A stretch of 56,056 nucleotides of DNA. It comes from an uncultured Bacilli bacterium (GTDB lineage Bacteria; Bacillota_I; Bacilli_A; RF39; UBA660). Below the pieces are notes generated by a model. That model did not search any database. It had not been told where the DNA came from and saw only the letters and a program-made list of their open reading frames with translations. The stretch spans positions 1 through 56,056 of the forward strand of contig CALVVJ010000001.1 of NCBI GenBank assembly GCA_944363835.1, written 5' to 3'. The stretch's first letter is position 1; each line of letters begins with the position of its first letter. This document shows, in pieces, positions 36,359-46,954 of the stretch. Made by a program: the position numbers and the translations under genes.

Positions 36359-37067
36359 AAACTTAGAAAAAAGTTTTGGAAAAACCAAAGTATTAAAAAA
36401 TATTAATTTAGAAATAAATGAAAAAGAAAGAATAGTAATTATTGGCCCTTCCGGATGTGGAAAGTCAACTTTATTACGTTGTATTAATCAAATAGAAAAG
36501 CCCACCAAAGGCAAAGTTTTATTTGAAGGAATACCCTTAGATGATAAGAAAACCGATATCAATAAAATAAGAATAAAGATGGGTATGGTTTTCCAACAAT
36601 TTAATTTATTTCCTCATTTAAAAGTAATCGATAATATTATTTTAGCTCCAGTTAAGTTAAAGTTAATGAGCAAAGAAGATGCAATCAAAAAAGGAAAAAA
36701 ACTTTTAAATCAAATTGGTTTAGCAGAAAAAATAAATAATTATCCTAAAGAATTATCGGGAGGTCAACAACAAAGAGTAGCTATTATTCGAGCATTGATG
36801 CTTGATCCAGATTTATTATTATTTGATGAACCAACTTCTGCCTTAGATCCCGAAATGAAGCAAGAAGTTCTGGAATTAATGAAAGATTTGGGAAAATCAG
36901 GACTAACAATGATTGTCGTAACTCATGAAATGCAATTTGCCAAAGAATTTGCTACTAGAGTAATATTTATTGATGAAGGAAAAATTATCGAAGAAGGAAC
37001 ACCGGATGATTTATTTAATCACCCAAAATCATTAAGATTAAAAGAATTTTTAGATAATATCAAATAA
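36345..37067 (+). CDS. Polar amino-acid ABC transporter ATP-binding protein
   Basis: It has Walker A (GPSGCGKST), the signature [15 protein letters not shown], and Walker B ([12 protein letters not shown]). Confidence 0.92.
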   Translation: MLIVKNLEKSFGKTKVLKNINLEINEKERIVIIGPSGCGKSTLLRCINQIEKPTKGKVLFEGIPLDDKKTDINKIRIKMGMVFQQFNLFPHLKVIDNIILAPVKLKLMSKEDAIKKGKKLLNQIGLAEKINNYPKELSGGQQQRVAIIRALMLDPDLLLFDEPTSALDPEMKQEVLELMKDLGKSGLTMIVVTHEMQFAKEFATRVIFIDEGKIIEEGTPDDLFNHPKSLRLKEFLDNIK

Positions 37068-37132
37068 AAACTATTCAAATGGTTTAAATAAATTTTATTT
37101 GTGGTATAATTAATTTAAAATAAGGAGGATAT

Positions 37133-38374
37133 ATGAGTACAATTAATGTAACAAGTGAGATAAAACCACTTAAAGAAGTATTGGTCCATCGACCAGGAAA
37201 GGAACTGTTAAATCTTACTCCCGATACTCTTCATCGTTTATTGTTCGATGATATACCTTATTTAAAGGTTGCTCAAGCTGAACACGATGAATTTGTCCAA
37301 ATTTTAAGAGATAATGGAGTTAAAGTATATTATCTTGAAGATTTAATGGCTGAAACATTGGATTTCAATCCAGAAATTAAAAAGAAGTTTTTAAAACAAT
37401 TTATTGCGGAAGCTGGAGTAAATACTCCTAAATACCGTGATTTAGTCTTCGATTATTTAATGAGTATTGAAGATAATAAAGAATTTGTTTTAAAGACTAT
37501 GGAAGGTGTCCAAATATATGAATTAGATAGAAATAAAAGAGTAATGGAAAAGTCTTTAGTAGACTTAGTTACTGCTGAAACAGACTTTATAGTTGAACCT
37601 ATGCCTAATTTATATTTTACTAGAGACCCATTTGCTAGTGTAGGTAGTGGTATAGTCCTAAATAAAATGTATTCCGTAACTAGAAGTAGAGAAACAATTT
37701 ATGCTGAATACATATTTAATTATCATCCTAAGTTCCAAGGTGAAGTTGAAAATTACTACGATCGCTATTATGATTGGCATATTGAAGGTGGGGATGTCCT
37801 AAATTTAAATGATCACATCTTAGCTGTAGGTATTTCCCAAAGAACTGAAGCTGGAGCTATTGATAAATTGGCTAAAAATTTATTTAAGAATCCTAATTGT
37901 AAGATTGATACTGTTTTGGCATTTAATATTCCTGAATCTCGAGCTTTCATGCATCTTGATACAGTATTTACCCAAATTGATGTCGATAAATTTACATACC
38001 ATCCAGGTATTATGAAAACTTTACAAGTTTTTGAAATTACTGAAGGTGATGACCCTAATAGTGATGAAGACTTAAATGTTAAAGAAATAAATGATTCACT
38101 AGAAAATATTTTAAGTCATTATTTAGGTATTCCGATAACTCTTATTCCATGTGCTGGTGGTGATGATGTAGCTAGTCAAAGAGAACAATGGAATGATGGA
38201 ACTAATACTTTATGTATAGCTCCAGGAGTAGTGGTTGTATATAATCGTAATAATATAACAAATGATGTATTGAGAAGTCATGGTATCAAAGTAATTGAAA
38301 TGTCTAGTGCAGAATTATCTCGTGGTCGTGGTGGTCCTAGATGTATGAGCATGCCTTTATATAGGGAGGACTAA
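37133..38374 (+). CDS. arcA: Arginine deiminase
   Basis: The protein is 413 aa, with the N-terminal blocks [14 protein letters not shown] and NLYFTRDP and a C-terminal [10 protein letters not shown] with the catalytic Cys. Confidence 0.93.
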   Translation: MSTINVTSEIKPLKEVLVHRPGKELLNLTPDTLHRLLFDDIPYLKVAQAEHDEFVQILRDNGVKVYYLEDLMAETLDFNPEIKKKFLKQFIAEAGVNTPKYRDLVFDYLMSIEDNKEFVLKTMEGVQIYELDRNKRVMEKSLVDLVTAETDFIVEPMPNLYFTRDPFASVGSGIVLNKMYSVTRSRETIYAEYIFNYHPKFQGEVENYYDRYYDWHIEGGDVLNLNDHILAVGISQRTEAGAIDKLAKNLFKNPNCKIDTVLAFNIPESRAFMHLDTVFTQIDVDKFTYHPGIMKTLQVFEITEGDDPNSDEDLNVKEINDSLENILSHYLGIPITLIPCAGGDDVASQREQWNDGTNTLCIAPGVVVVYNRNNITNDVLRSHGIKVIEMSSAELSRGRGGPRCMSMPLYRED

Positions 38375-38375
38375 A

Positions 38376-39374
38376 ATGAATTTAAAAGGGCGTAGTTTTT
38401 TAAAATTGTTAGATTATACACCTGATGAAATTCGTTATTTATTAGATTTAAGCAAAGATTTTAAAAATAAAAAGAAAAATAATGTTGAACATAAATATTT
38501 AAAAGGAAAAAATATCGTTTTGCTCTTTGAAAAAACTTCGACAAGAACGCGCTGTGCTTTTGAAGTAGCTGGTCATGATTTAGGAATGGGAGTAACATAC
38601 TTAGAACCTGGAAGTTCCCAAATGGGTAAAAAGGAAAGTATCGAAGATACTGCTAAGGTTTTAGGGAGAATGTATGATGGTATTGAATATCGTGGCTTTG
38701 CTCAAAGTAATGTTGAAATCTTAGCTAAAAATGCTGGAGTACCTGTTTGGAATGGCTTGACAACCGAATTTCATCCTACTCAAATGTTAGCAGATTTAAT
38801 GACTATTGAAGAAAACTTTGGCCACCTAGAAGGCTTAAATTTGGTTTTCTGTGGTGATGGACGAAATAATGTTGCTAATTCTTTGTTGGTAGCTTGTGCT
38901 AAAATGGGCATAAACTTTACTTTGGCATCACCTAATTCTTTAAGACCAGATTCTGATTTAGTAGAAATATGTGAAAATATCGCTAAATCTAGTCATGCTC
39001 AAATAAGATTTACTGATGATATAATGGCTGCTACTAAAAATGCTGATGTCATATATACTGATGTTTGGGTATCGATGGGTGAAGCCGATGAAGTATGGAA
39101 TGAAAGAATTAAGTTGTTAAAAAGATTCCAAGTAACTAAAGAAGTAATGGCAAATGCTAATTCAAACGCTATATTTTTGCATTGCCTGCCATCTTTTCAT
39201 GATTTAAAAACTAGCATTGGCAAAGAAATATATGAAAAGTTTGGACTTAGAGAAATGGAAGTTACTGATGAAGTATTCCAATCTAATAATTCCAAAGTCT
39301 TTGATGAAGCTGAAAATAGAATGCATACAATTAAAGCAGTAATGTATGCGACATTGAGTGATTATCATGAATAA
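38376..39374 (+). CDS. arcB: Ornithine carbamoyltransferase (catabolic by context)
   Basis: The motifs [17 protein letters not shown] and HCLP are present. It lies between arcA and arcC. Confidence 0.93.
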   Translation: MNLKGRSFLKLLDYTPDEIRYLLDLSKDFKNKKKNNVEHKYLKGKNIVLLFEKTSTRTRCAFEVAGHDLGMGVTYLEPGSSQMGKKESIEDTAKVLGRMYDGIEYRGFAQSNVEILAKNAGVPVWNGLTTEFHPTQMLADLMTIEENFGHLEGLNLVFCGDGRNNVANSLLVACAKMGINFTLASPNSLRPDSDLVEICENIAKSSHAQIRFTDDIMAATKNADVIYTDVWVSMGEADEVWNERIKLLKRFQVTKEVMANANSNAIFLHCLPSFHDLKTSIGKEIYEKFGLREMEVTDEVFQSNNSKVFDEAENRMHTIKAVMYATLSDYHE

Positions 39375-40308
39375 AATAGTAATCGCTCTAGGGGGCAATG
39401 CTTTAGGTAATACACCAGAAGAACAAATGGACAGATTAGAAAGTGTTGCCAAAATAATTGTTAAGTTAATTAAAGAAGGTAATAAAGTAGTATTAACCCA
39501 TGGCAATGGTCCTCAAGTGGGCCAAATTGCTCTAGCGATGGAATATTCCCATCAAGGTGAAGCTAGCACACCTGCAATGCCCTTTGCAGAATGTGGTAGT
39601 ATGTCTCAAGGTTATATCGGTTACCAATTACAACAAGCCTTACAAGATGAACTTGAAAGACAAAAGGTAAAAAAAGATTGTGTAACCGTCATAACACAAG
39701 TACTAGTTGATGCAAATGATGTAGCCTTTGAAAATCCTACTAAACCAATCGGAGCTTTTTATACCAAAGAAGAAGCCGATAAATTAACCAAAGAAAAAGG
39801 CTATACATTTGTAAGTGATGCTGGTCGGGGGTATCGGCGAGTTGTACCATCTCCGATACCAATAGATATTATCGAAAGCCGGGTTATCAAAAAATTAGTT
39901 GATTCCGACATAGTAACAATTGCTGTTGGGGGTGGTGGAATTCCCGTTATCAAAAAAGACAAAATTGAATTATTAGAAGGTATTGATGCTGTAATCGATA
40001 AAGATTTATCTAGCGCGTTGCTAGCTAAATTAATCGATGCCGATTTGCTTTTAATACTAACTTCTATTGATAAGGTATATATCGGTTATAATACTCCAAA
40101 TCAAAAAGAATTATCTAACTTAACTGTAGCAGACGCTAAAAAATATATTGCTGCAGGTGAGTTTGCTAAAGGAAGTATGTTACCCAAGATAGAAGCTTGT
40201 CTAAATTTTGTGACTGGAACTAGTAAAACAGCAATTATTACTTCACTCGATGATGCTCCATTAGCTTTAGAAAATAAAGCAGGTACAACAATTGTAGGAG
40301 GAAATTAA
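39367..40308 (+). CDS. arcC: Carbamate kinase
   Basis: [14 protein letters not shown] and THGNGPQVG are typical N-terminal blocks. ATG 39367 overlaps the arcB stop. The ORF-track GTG 39358 is less likely. Confidence 0.92.
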   Translation: MNKIVIALGGNALGNTPEEQMDRLESVAKIIVKLIKEGNKVVLTHGNGPQVGQIALAMEYSHQGEASTPAMPFAECGSMSQGYIGYQLQQALQDELERQKVKKDCVTVITQVLVDANDVAFENPTKPIGAFYTKEEADKLTKEKGYTFVSDAGRGYRRVVPSPIPIDIIESRVIKKLVDSDIVTIAVGGGGIPVIKKDKIELLEGIDAVIDKDLSSALLAKLIDADLLLILTSIDKVYIGYNTPNQKELSNLTVADAKKYIAAGEFAKGSMLPKIEACLNFVTGTSKTAIITSLDDAPLALENKAGTTIVGGN

Positions 40309-40309
40309 T

Positions 40310-41758
40310 ATGGCTAAACGCAAAAAGTTCATGCTATCAGCCTTTTCAATTATCTTTATTTTGATAATTGCTTTGGCAATATTGTCGCATGTATTACCAA
40401 ATGCTGAGTTTGTTGGTGATGTCATCGTCAATGGTAGTGGTACAGTAGGAGCCAAACTATCTGACGTATTATTATCTCCAATCTTAGGATTTGCTGATGC
40501 AGTCGACGTTTGTATTTTCGTTCTAATTTTAGGAGGCTTTTTAGCTATAATTACTAAAACGGGAGCGTTAGAAACAGGAATTAAGGTTTTGGTCAAAAAA
40601 TTAAAAGGAAATGAATTAGTATTAATTCCTATATTGATGCTTATCTTTTCCATTGGGGGTACAACTTATGGAATGCTCGAAGAAACTGTGGGCTTCTATG
40701 TATTGCTTGCCGCTACTATGGTAGCTGCAGGAATGGATACTATTGTGGGCTCAGCAATAGTTTTACTTGGAGCAGGTTCTGGGGTTTTAGGTTCGACGGT
40801 TAATCCCTTTGCTGTCGGAGCAGCAGTTAGTAGTTTGCCAGAAGGTGTAACTGCTAATCAAGGATTGTTGATTTTTACAGGATTGTTATTATGGATTACA
40901 ACTTTAGTAATTTCTATAATCTTTGTTATGAATTATGCTAAAAAAGTTCAAGAGGACAAAGGATCAACATTCTTATCTTTACAAGAACAAAAAGCAATGG
41001 AAAAGAAATTTGCTGCGGAAATTGAAGGTGCCAAAGATAAAACTAAAGATGTTAAGCTATCAGGAAAACAAAAAGTTACTTTAATTCTTTTGGTTTTAAC
41101 ATTCTTAGTAATGATTGTCGGATTTATTCCTTGGGGCGACTTTAATGTCACAATATTTGATAAGTTTACCGGTTGGTTAACAGGAACTCCTTTAGGTGGT
41201 TGGTATTTTGCTGAAGCATCTGTTTGGTTCTTTGTAATGGCTATTATAATTGGTATTATCAATAGAATGCGCGAAAAAGAAATTGTCGATACTTTTATCG
41301 ATGGTGCTAACGACATGATAGCAGTTATTTTGATAATTGCTGTTGCTAGAGGAGCAAGCGTTTTAATGAGTGTTACTTACTTAGATAACTATATCATCTA
41401 TAATGCTGCTGACTGGCTTTCTAATTTGCCAGAACTAGCCTTTGTGCCACTTAACTACTTATTGCATATAGTTCTATCAATATTAGTTCCATCATCTAGT
41501 GGACTAGCTGTCTTATCAACTCCAATTATGGGAGGACTTGCTAGCGCTTTAGGATATGGCGTAGAAACAACCATAATGACTTTTGTATCCGCTAATGGTT
41601 TAGTAAATTTAATTACTCCGACTTGCGGTGCCATAATGGGAGGACTAGCCTTAGCTAAAGTTGAATATACCACATGGTTTAAATGGGCTTTTAAAATAGT
41701 AGTAACTATTGCCATAGCCAATATTTTAGTTCTAGAACTAATTACTTTGGTATTTTAA
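40310..41758 (+). CDS. YfcC / DcuC-type anaerobic carrier family membrane protein (putative arginine/ornithine exchanger by context)
   Basis: It is a 482-aa polytopic membrane protein with a YfcC-like N-terminal pattern (FILILGGFLAIITKTGALETGI). It is the last gene of the arc operon. Confidence 0.75.
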   Translation: MAKRKKFMLSAFSIIFILIIALAILSHVLPNAEFVGDVIVNGSGTVGAKLSDVLLSPILGFADAVDVCIFVLILGGFLAIITKTGALETGIKVLVKKLKGNELVLIPILMLIFSIGGTTYGMLEETVGFYVLLAATMVAAGMDTIVGSAIVLLGAGSGVLGSTVNPFAVGAAVSSLPEGVTANQGLLIFTGLLLWITTLVISIIFVMNYAKKVQEDKGSTFLSLQEQKAMEKKFAAEIEGAKDKTKDVKLSGKQKVTLILLVLTFLVMIVGFIPWGDFNVTIFDKFTGWLTGTPLGGWYFAEASVWFFVMAIIIGIINRMREKEIVDTFIDGANDMIAVILIIAVARGASVLMSVTYLDNYIIYNAADWLSNLPELAFVPLNYLLHIVLSILVPSSSGLAVLSTPIMGGLASALGYGVETTIMTFVSANGLVNLITPTCGAIMGGLALAKVEYTTWFKWAFKIVVTIAIANILVLELITLVF

Positions 41759-41762
41759 CTAT

Positions 41763-41790
41763 AAACCGCTAAATTATAATAGCGGTTTTT
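41763..41790 (+). terminator. Rho-independent terminator of the arc operon
   Basis: The hairpin aaaccgcta-aattataa-tagcggttt is followed by T residues. Confidence 0.7.
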
Positions 41791-41848
41791 AATTTGCTAA
41801 AAAACTAACAAAGTGCTATAATACTTCCCATCAAAGGGGGAAAATAAA

Positions 41849-42874
41849 ATGTTAAATAAATCTGATTACAATGATATAACGATGTTAATTAACATTAGTT
41901 CAAGTATTTGTCGTAATTTTCAAGAATTGTGTCAGTTAGAAATTGCTGGTAAAAAAGAAAGTCAGGAGTATCAAGAATATTTAGAAGAAGTAAGTAGAGA
42001 TGTAGAATATAAGAATACTTTTCTTAATAGACTTACTACAACACCTGAAAAATGTATAGAAGTAATGAATTACATCAAAAAATTGTCTAGATTTAAAAAT
42101 GTAAAATATGCTTCTGATTATCATATTTCTTTTATTAGTACAACCAGTAATTTATCTGAAGATGAAAGAGTTTTAGCGTATTTACTTAATCAACTTACAA
42201 AAATTATTTTAGATAATCCACAATTTTTGATGTCAAATATTATGAAAAATCTTAATTTACCTGAAATATTACAGAATCAAACTGAAGTATATAATGCTTT
42301 TCAATTTACCTACCAAGCATTACTAATTGCAGATATATATAATTTATTTCTATCCTTAAACGAAAGAAGAATTAATAATACTCAAAATAGTTTTGCTAAA
42401 CAAAGTTTTATTAAATCAAAATATCAATATGGCTTATTAATTCCTTATATTGCAGATAGTTTAATTAAAAGTCGTTTTAATGCTGAAATGCATCCATTCC
42501 TAATAAGTCATAACGCTAGGATAATGCATCCCGTAGTAAAAGAATTTGAGGATTTGATTAAAAAGAATATCTTGCTAGAGAATGCCGAAAAAAGAATGGA
42601 TGAAATAACTAATTATAATGATTTAGAATTGATGAATCCTGAAACTTTAGCCCATGTTTTAAATGCCCAAGATTTATTGCGTTCAGTATTAATTTTAGCT
42701 GATGAAGAAACTACTCAAGCAATTATATCTACTATTGAAGATATCTTAAAGTCAGCTAAAGAAACTAATTTATCAATTAATATTAAGCTAATTTGCCAAA
42801 TACTTGAAGAAGTTATAAAACGTATTCCTGAGGATAAAACGATTCCTCAAATTGTATCTTTCGGTAGAGTCTGA
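41849..42874 (+). CDS. Hypothetical cytoplasmic helical protein
   Basis: The ORF is 341 aa, with a GGGGGAAA SD-like sequence upstream. No recognisable motifs were seen. Confidence 0.5.
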   Translation: MLNKSDYNDITMLINISSSICRNFQELCQLEIAGKKESQEYQEYLEEVSRDVEYKNTFLNRLTTTPEKCIEVMNYIKKLSRFKNVKYASDYHISFISTTSNLSEDERVLAYLLNQLTKIILDNPQFLMSNIMKNLNLPEILQNQTEVYNAFQFTYQALLIADIYNLFLSLNERRINNTQNSFAKQSFIKSKYQYGLLIPYIADSLIKSRFNAEMHPFLISHNARIMHPVVKEFEDLIKKNILLENAEKRMDEITNYNDLELMNPETLAHVLNAQDLLRSVLILADEETTQAIISTIEDILKSAKETNLSINIKLICQILEEVIKRIPEDKTIPQIVSFGRV

Positions 42875-42963
42875 GAAAAAATTTGATAAATATGTGAAAA
42901 AAAGCAATATTTGCTTTTTTTTATTGAAATTGAGTGTTATAATTTTAATCGAGGAGGTAGAGA

Positions 42964-44772
42964 ATGAAAAGTGTATCTGAAAAGCGTGGATTATTAAAGC
43001 TAATTGGTGCAGTATTAGATATTATTGGAATAATATTGATAATAATTGCAATACCTGTAACTGATGTAACAATTGAATCTGTATTGCGTCTTATTGGTGT
43101 CATCATGATTATTGTTGGTACTTATGGAATTTTCTTTAAATCATTTAAGGAAAAATTGACAAAATTAGGTTTAGTTGGTTCTATTTTAATAGCCTTGAGT
43201 TTTATTTTAATAGCTGTATCCGTATTCCTTGATGAATCAGAAGCTAATTTAGTAAATCCTGATATGGCAGCTAAAGTAGTAGGACTTATTTCTTATGTTC
43301 TAGGTGGTTTATTTATAACTATTACTAGCAAAGAACATCGTCTTATGAAGTCATTATTTGTGATTGTCTCAGCTTTGGTAATATTCTCATGGGTTATACC
43401 TTATGGCTATTTTAATGGCGGCGACTTCTATGAATATGGACTTCTGCCAATAGGTATTGTCGATTTAAGTACAGCATTCTATAATGCTCTTACTTATAGT
43501 GCTGATAAAGTTGTATTCTTAATAGTTTTAGCAGGTTTCTATGGTGTACTTACAAAAATTAGTGGCTACCAAAAATTAGTTAGCAATTTAGCTGAAAAAT
43601 TTTCTAGTCATCCAATTTTAGTTTCTGTAGTAATGTCTGTTTTACTATTTGTGCTTACATCTTTATTACGTCAAACATTAATAGTATTACTATTTGTACC
43701 ATTATGTATTTCAATTTTACTTAATATGAAGATTGATAAGCTAACTACTTTTGCAATTACATTTGGTTCAGTTTTAGTAGGTGTTCTTGGAGCTACCTAT
43801 GGAACTGAAGGCTTAATGATGTTTAATAATTACATGAATATGATGTATGGTAGTACAGCTATAGAGATTACAACTGGATTAACATACCGTTTCATAATTG
43901 CTGCAGTAGCCTTAGTTTTATATAATTTCTTCATTTGTATGCGCCTTAAAAAGGTTTTAGCAGATAACAAGAAAAATAGTAAAAATGCTGATATTGAAGA
44001 CGATCCATTCAAGATTGAAGCACCAAAGAAAAAGAGTAGTGCTATTCCTGTTGTGGTAGTTTTATTCATAATAGCAGCATTAGCAATATTAACTCATATT
44101 GCTTGGAATACAAACTTCGGTACAGAAGTATTTATCAATTTCCATGAATGGCTTACTGAACTTGCTCCAGTTGAAGATTTCCCTATAATGCAATATCTTT
44201 TAGGTTCATCTCAAAATGTTACAGCATTCGGTGAGTATACATATCTATTTGTTCTATGTAGCACTTTAATTTTAGCAGCCGGTTTAATCGCTTACTTATA
44301 TCGTATGAAATTTGATGAATTTATCGATGCATTCTATAATGGTACTAAGAAAATATTTAAACCACTTCTTTGTGCCGTTGCGGTTTATTTAACATTTGCA
44401 ATATGTTATAATTCACCAATTATAGTAACAATAACTAATTGGCTACTAAATTTAGTTGAAGGCTTTAATCCTTACTTGACATCACTAACAGCCTTTATTA
44501 CAGCTGCATTAAATAACGATTTAGGCTATACAAGTTATGTTGTTAGTTCATTCCTAATTAGTGTTTATTCTAGCAACTTAGAATTAGTTCATGTTATTTA
44601 TACATCTATGGCTGGTGTTGCTCAAGTATTCTTGCCAACAAGCTTTGTTTTAGTGCTTGGCTTAACTCTAATGAAGTTAGATTATAAGGCATGGTTCAAA
44701 TACATCTGGTTATTCATAGTTGGAATGATCATTATACTACTCGTATTATTTACAGTAGTAACATATATCTAA
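42964..44772 (+). CDS. Polytopic membrane protein, YfcC-like core with an extra N-terminal TM bundle (tentative)
   Basis: It is 602 aa with many TM helices. The block FLIVLAGFYGVLTKISGYQKLVSNLAEKF parallels the YfcC-family block in 40310-41758. GAGGAGG SD is present. Confidence 0.55.
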   Translation: MKSVSEKRGLLKLIGAVLDIIGIILIIIAIPVTDVTIESVLRLIGVIMIIVGTYGIFFKSFKEKLTKLGLVGSILIALSFILIAVSVFLDESEANLVNPDMAAKVVGLISYVLGGLFITITSKEHRLMKSLFVIVSALVIFSWVIPYGYFNGGDFYEYGLLPIGIVDLSTAFYNALTYSADKVVFLIVLAGFYGVLTKISGYQKLVSNLAEKFSSHPILVSVVMSVLLFVLTSLLRQTLIVLLFVPLCISILLNMKIDKLTTFAITFGSVLVGVLGATYGTEGLMMFNNYMNMMYGSTAIEITTGLTYRFIIAAVALVLYNFFICMRLKKVLADNKKNSKNADIEDDPFKIEAPKKKSSAIPVVVVLFIIAALAILTHIAWNTNFGTEVFINFHEWLTELAPVEDFPIMQYLLGSSQNVTAFGEYTYLFVLCSTLILAAGLIAYLYRMKFDEFIDAFYNGTKKIFKPLLCAVAVYLTFAICYNSPIIVTITNWLLNLVEGFNPYLTSLTAFITAALNNDLGYTSYVVSSFLISVYSSNLELVHVIYTSMAGVAQVFLPTSFVLVLGLTLMKLDYKAWFKYIWLFIVGMIIILLVLFTVVTYI

Positions 44773-44797
44773 GGGTTCAAATCGAACTCTTTTTTTG
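44771..44797 (+). terminator. Rho-independent terminator
   Basis: The hairpin aagggttc-aaatc-gaactctt is followed by a T-run. Confidence 0.6.
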
Positions 44798-44800
44798 TCT

Positions 44801-44820
44801 TTATGTAGAATTCTACATAA
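44801..44820. repeat. Perfect 20-bp palindrome abutting the IS left end
   Basis: The half ttatgtagaa is followed by its exact reverse complement ttctacataa. Confidence 0.9.
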
Positions 44821-44858
44821 TTATCTTATAGGAAACTACTTTAATTAACAAAAAACAA

Positions 44859-44887
44859 TTGACACACATACATTTGTTTGTTATAAT
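44859..44887 (+). promoter_or_regulatory. Consensus promoter in the IS left end driving tnpB
   Basis: TTGACA (44859-44864), a 17-nt spacer, then TATAAT (44882-44887) with TGt immediately upstream. Confidence 0.6.
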
Positions 44888-44915
44888 TTATTCATAGTTC
44901 AGGGGGAATGATACT

Positions 44916-46064
44916 ATGGATAAAATATTAAAAGGATATGTTTTTAGATTATATCCAACAGATAAACAAAAAGAATTAATTAATAAAACTATTGGATGTA
45001 CTAGATTTATCTATAATCATTTTTTAGATGAGAAAATAAATGATTATAAAGAAACAGGTAAATCTAAGTCTTGTTATGACCAAATAAAAGAATTACCTAG
45101 ATTATGTAAAGAATATCCCTGGCTTAGTGAAGTAGATAGTTGTAGTTTAAGAGCATCGCTATTTAACTTAGAAGATGCTTATAAAAGATTTTTTAATAAG
45201 CAAAATGAAGCGCCAAGATTTAAAAATAAAGATATAGGTAATAGTTATAAGACTAATAATATAAAAAGTGCTTATAAAGATAAGAGTTATGAAAGTATAA
45301 AAGTGGATTTCAAAAATAAAATAATAACATTACCAAAATTAAAAGAAGTAAAATTTAGAGGATATAGAAATAAAACGAATTTTATAGGTAATATAAAAAG
45401 TGCAGTTATAAGAAGACAAGCAAACAAATATTATGTAAGTGTGTTAGTAGAAGAACCACTAATATTACCTGAATTTATACCAAGAAGTATAGTAGGACTA
45501 GATCTTGGAATAAAAGATATAATTATCACAAGTTATAATGAAAAAATAGAGAATAGTTTATCTTCATTAGAAGTAAATAAAAGAATAAAAGGATTACAAA
45601 AGAGGCTTTCAAGATGTAAATCAGGAAGTAAAAATAGATATAAGATAAAATTAAAATTACAAAGAGCATATAGAAAGTTAAAAAACATTCGTAAATATTT
45701 AATACATGATGTAACCAATAAACTAGTTAAAGAAAATGATATCATAGTAATGGAAGATTTAAATATCAAAGGTATGTACCAACTAAATTCAATAGCCAAA
45801 TCTCTAACTAACATTCCTTTGGCTGAAATAAAACGAGTCTTAGAGTATAAATGCAAGTGGCAAAATAATAAATTACTTACAATAAATAGATTTTATCCAA
45901 GTAGCCAAACATGCTCAGTGTGTGGATATCAAAATAAGAAAGTAAAGAATTTAGCTATAAGAAGTTGGGAATGTCCAAAGTGTGGTTCATTACATGACCG
46001 TGATATAAATGCAAGTATAAATATAATGTTTGAGGGTTTAAAAATGTATGTAAATAGTTTATAA
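44916..46064 (+). CDS. tnpB: TnpB (RNA-guided RuvC-like nuclease, IS605 OrfB family)
   Basis: The N-terminus YVFRLYPT is typical. The RuvC triad is present: VGLDLGIKD, IVMEDLNIKGM and HDRDINASINI. It has a zinc ribbon (CSVCGY...CPKCG). It is 382 aa and appears intact. Confidence 0.92.
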   Translation: MDKILKGYVFRLYPTDKQKELINKTIGCTRFIYNHFLDEKINDYKETGKSKSCYDQIKELPRLCKEYPWLSEVDSCSLRASLFNLEDAYKRFFNKQNEAPRFKNKDIGNSYKTNNIKSAYKDKSYESIKVDFKNKIITLPKLKEVKFRGYRNKTNFIGNIKSAVIRRQANKYYVSVLVEEPLILPEFIPRSIVGLDLGIKDIIITSYNEKIENSLSSLEVNKRIKGLQKRLSRCKSGSKNRYKIKLKLQRAYRKLKNIRKYLIHDVTNKLVKENDIIVMEDLNIKGMYQLNSIAKSLTNIPLAEIKRVLEYKCKWQNNKLLTINRFYPSSQTCSVCGYQNKKVKNLAIRSWECPKCGSLHDRDINASINIMFEGLKMYVNSL

Positions 46065-46084
46065 TATAAATAAGAGAGCAAATT

Positions 46085-46195
46085 TAGTAGGGTGGCGACC
46101 ATCCGAAATTGGTCTATGGAGAGTCCAAAGGACTCTGTGAAGTAGAAATGCCTTGTAGTGATGCAAGGATAGTCAAACTTGTTTGACTTTTGTTC
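46085..46195 (+). ncRNA. omega-RNA (reRNA) scaffold at the IS right end
   Basis: It lies directly 3' of tnpB. Its hairpins are gggtgg-cga-ccatcc, gagtcc-aaa-ggactc, ccttg-tagtgatg-caagg and agtcaaa-cttg-tttgact. It is conserved in two other copies, with compensatory changes. Confidence 0.7.
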
Positions 46196-46208
46196 TTATA
46201 ATAAACGT

Positions 46209-46919
46209 ATGAAAAGTATTCAAGCAATTAAACAAAATATTACTAAATTTAATAAAAAGTGCGATGAACTAGACACATCATTATTAAATTACCTTAATTC
46301 CCAAAATTTATCTTTATTAGATTTTTGTAATCTTATAGGTTTAGATATAACCCTTCTAAATGATATAGCCTTAAAAGAATTGCAAAATCTTCTAACGGAT
46401 AAAAGTACCAGGATATTTTATAATTCGGGAATGACTAGTTTATCACAAGATGAAATCAGTATATATTCATCTAATTTACAAACTAACATTGGTTTTTTAA
46501 ATGATAAAGTAAAATTAACTTGGGATAATAGCACTCAAAATATGGAATTTCAAAATTATGATAGTGAATTTATGGGCACCAGAAAAAATGGCGAAATTTT
46601 AGAAACAATTCATTTTAGTAGCCACTTAGTTATCGACTCTAAAAAAGCCCAAGACCGTATTTTATCTTTAAAATATCCCTTAGAACATGCTGCTTTAAAA
46701 ATAAAATATACTACATATAAAAAGAATGGTGAAGTTTTAAACGACCAATCTTTTCAAATAACTATTAATAATGCGCTACTGTATAGTGACTTAAGAAATA
46801 TTTTTCGAATACTTTATAACTTTAATTATACTTTAGCAGTAACCATTCTAAAACTATATCCGGCATCCTTAAAAATTACTAGTGATGAAGTAACAATGAA
46901 TAATTTTCATACTAGATAA
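46209..46919 (+). CDS. Hypothetical protein upstream of the clpC-like gene
   Basis: This is an open frame. The ORF-track start 46179 lies inside the IS right end, so ATG 46209 is preferred. No motifs were recognised. Confidence 0.5.
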   Translation: MKSIQAIKQNITKFNKKCDELDTSLLNYLNSQNLSLLDFCNLIGLDITLLNDIALKELQNLLTDKSTRIFYNSGMTSLSQDEISIYSSNLQTNIGFLNDKVKLTWDNSTQNMEFQNYDSEFMGTRKNGEILETIHFSSHLVIDSKKAQDRILSLKYPLEHAALKIKYTTYKKNGEVLNDQSFQITINNALLYSDLRNIFRILYNFNYTLAVTILKLYPASLKITSDEVTMNNFHTR

Positions 46920-46954
46920 CCATTATTAACATAGAATTAATTAAGGAGGATTCT

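Larger units (their letters stand above)
44822..46198 (+). mobile_element. IS605-family (IS1341-like) element carrying tnpB only (copy A)
   Basis: It has a left end with a promoter, an intact tnpB, and a structured 3' right end. No tnpA is present. Boundaries were inferred from where the three copies stop being similar, so they are approximate. Confidence 0.8.

Noticed and set aside
46179-46208. ORF-track start codon (TTG 46179, translated M) for the gene preceding the clpC-like gene
   Set aside because: These 30 nt lie within the conserved terminal hairpin and T-tract of the IS right end, which is shared with copies B and C. ATG 46209 is the first start outside the element.
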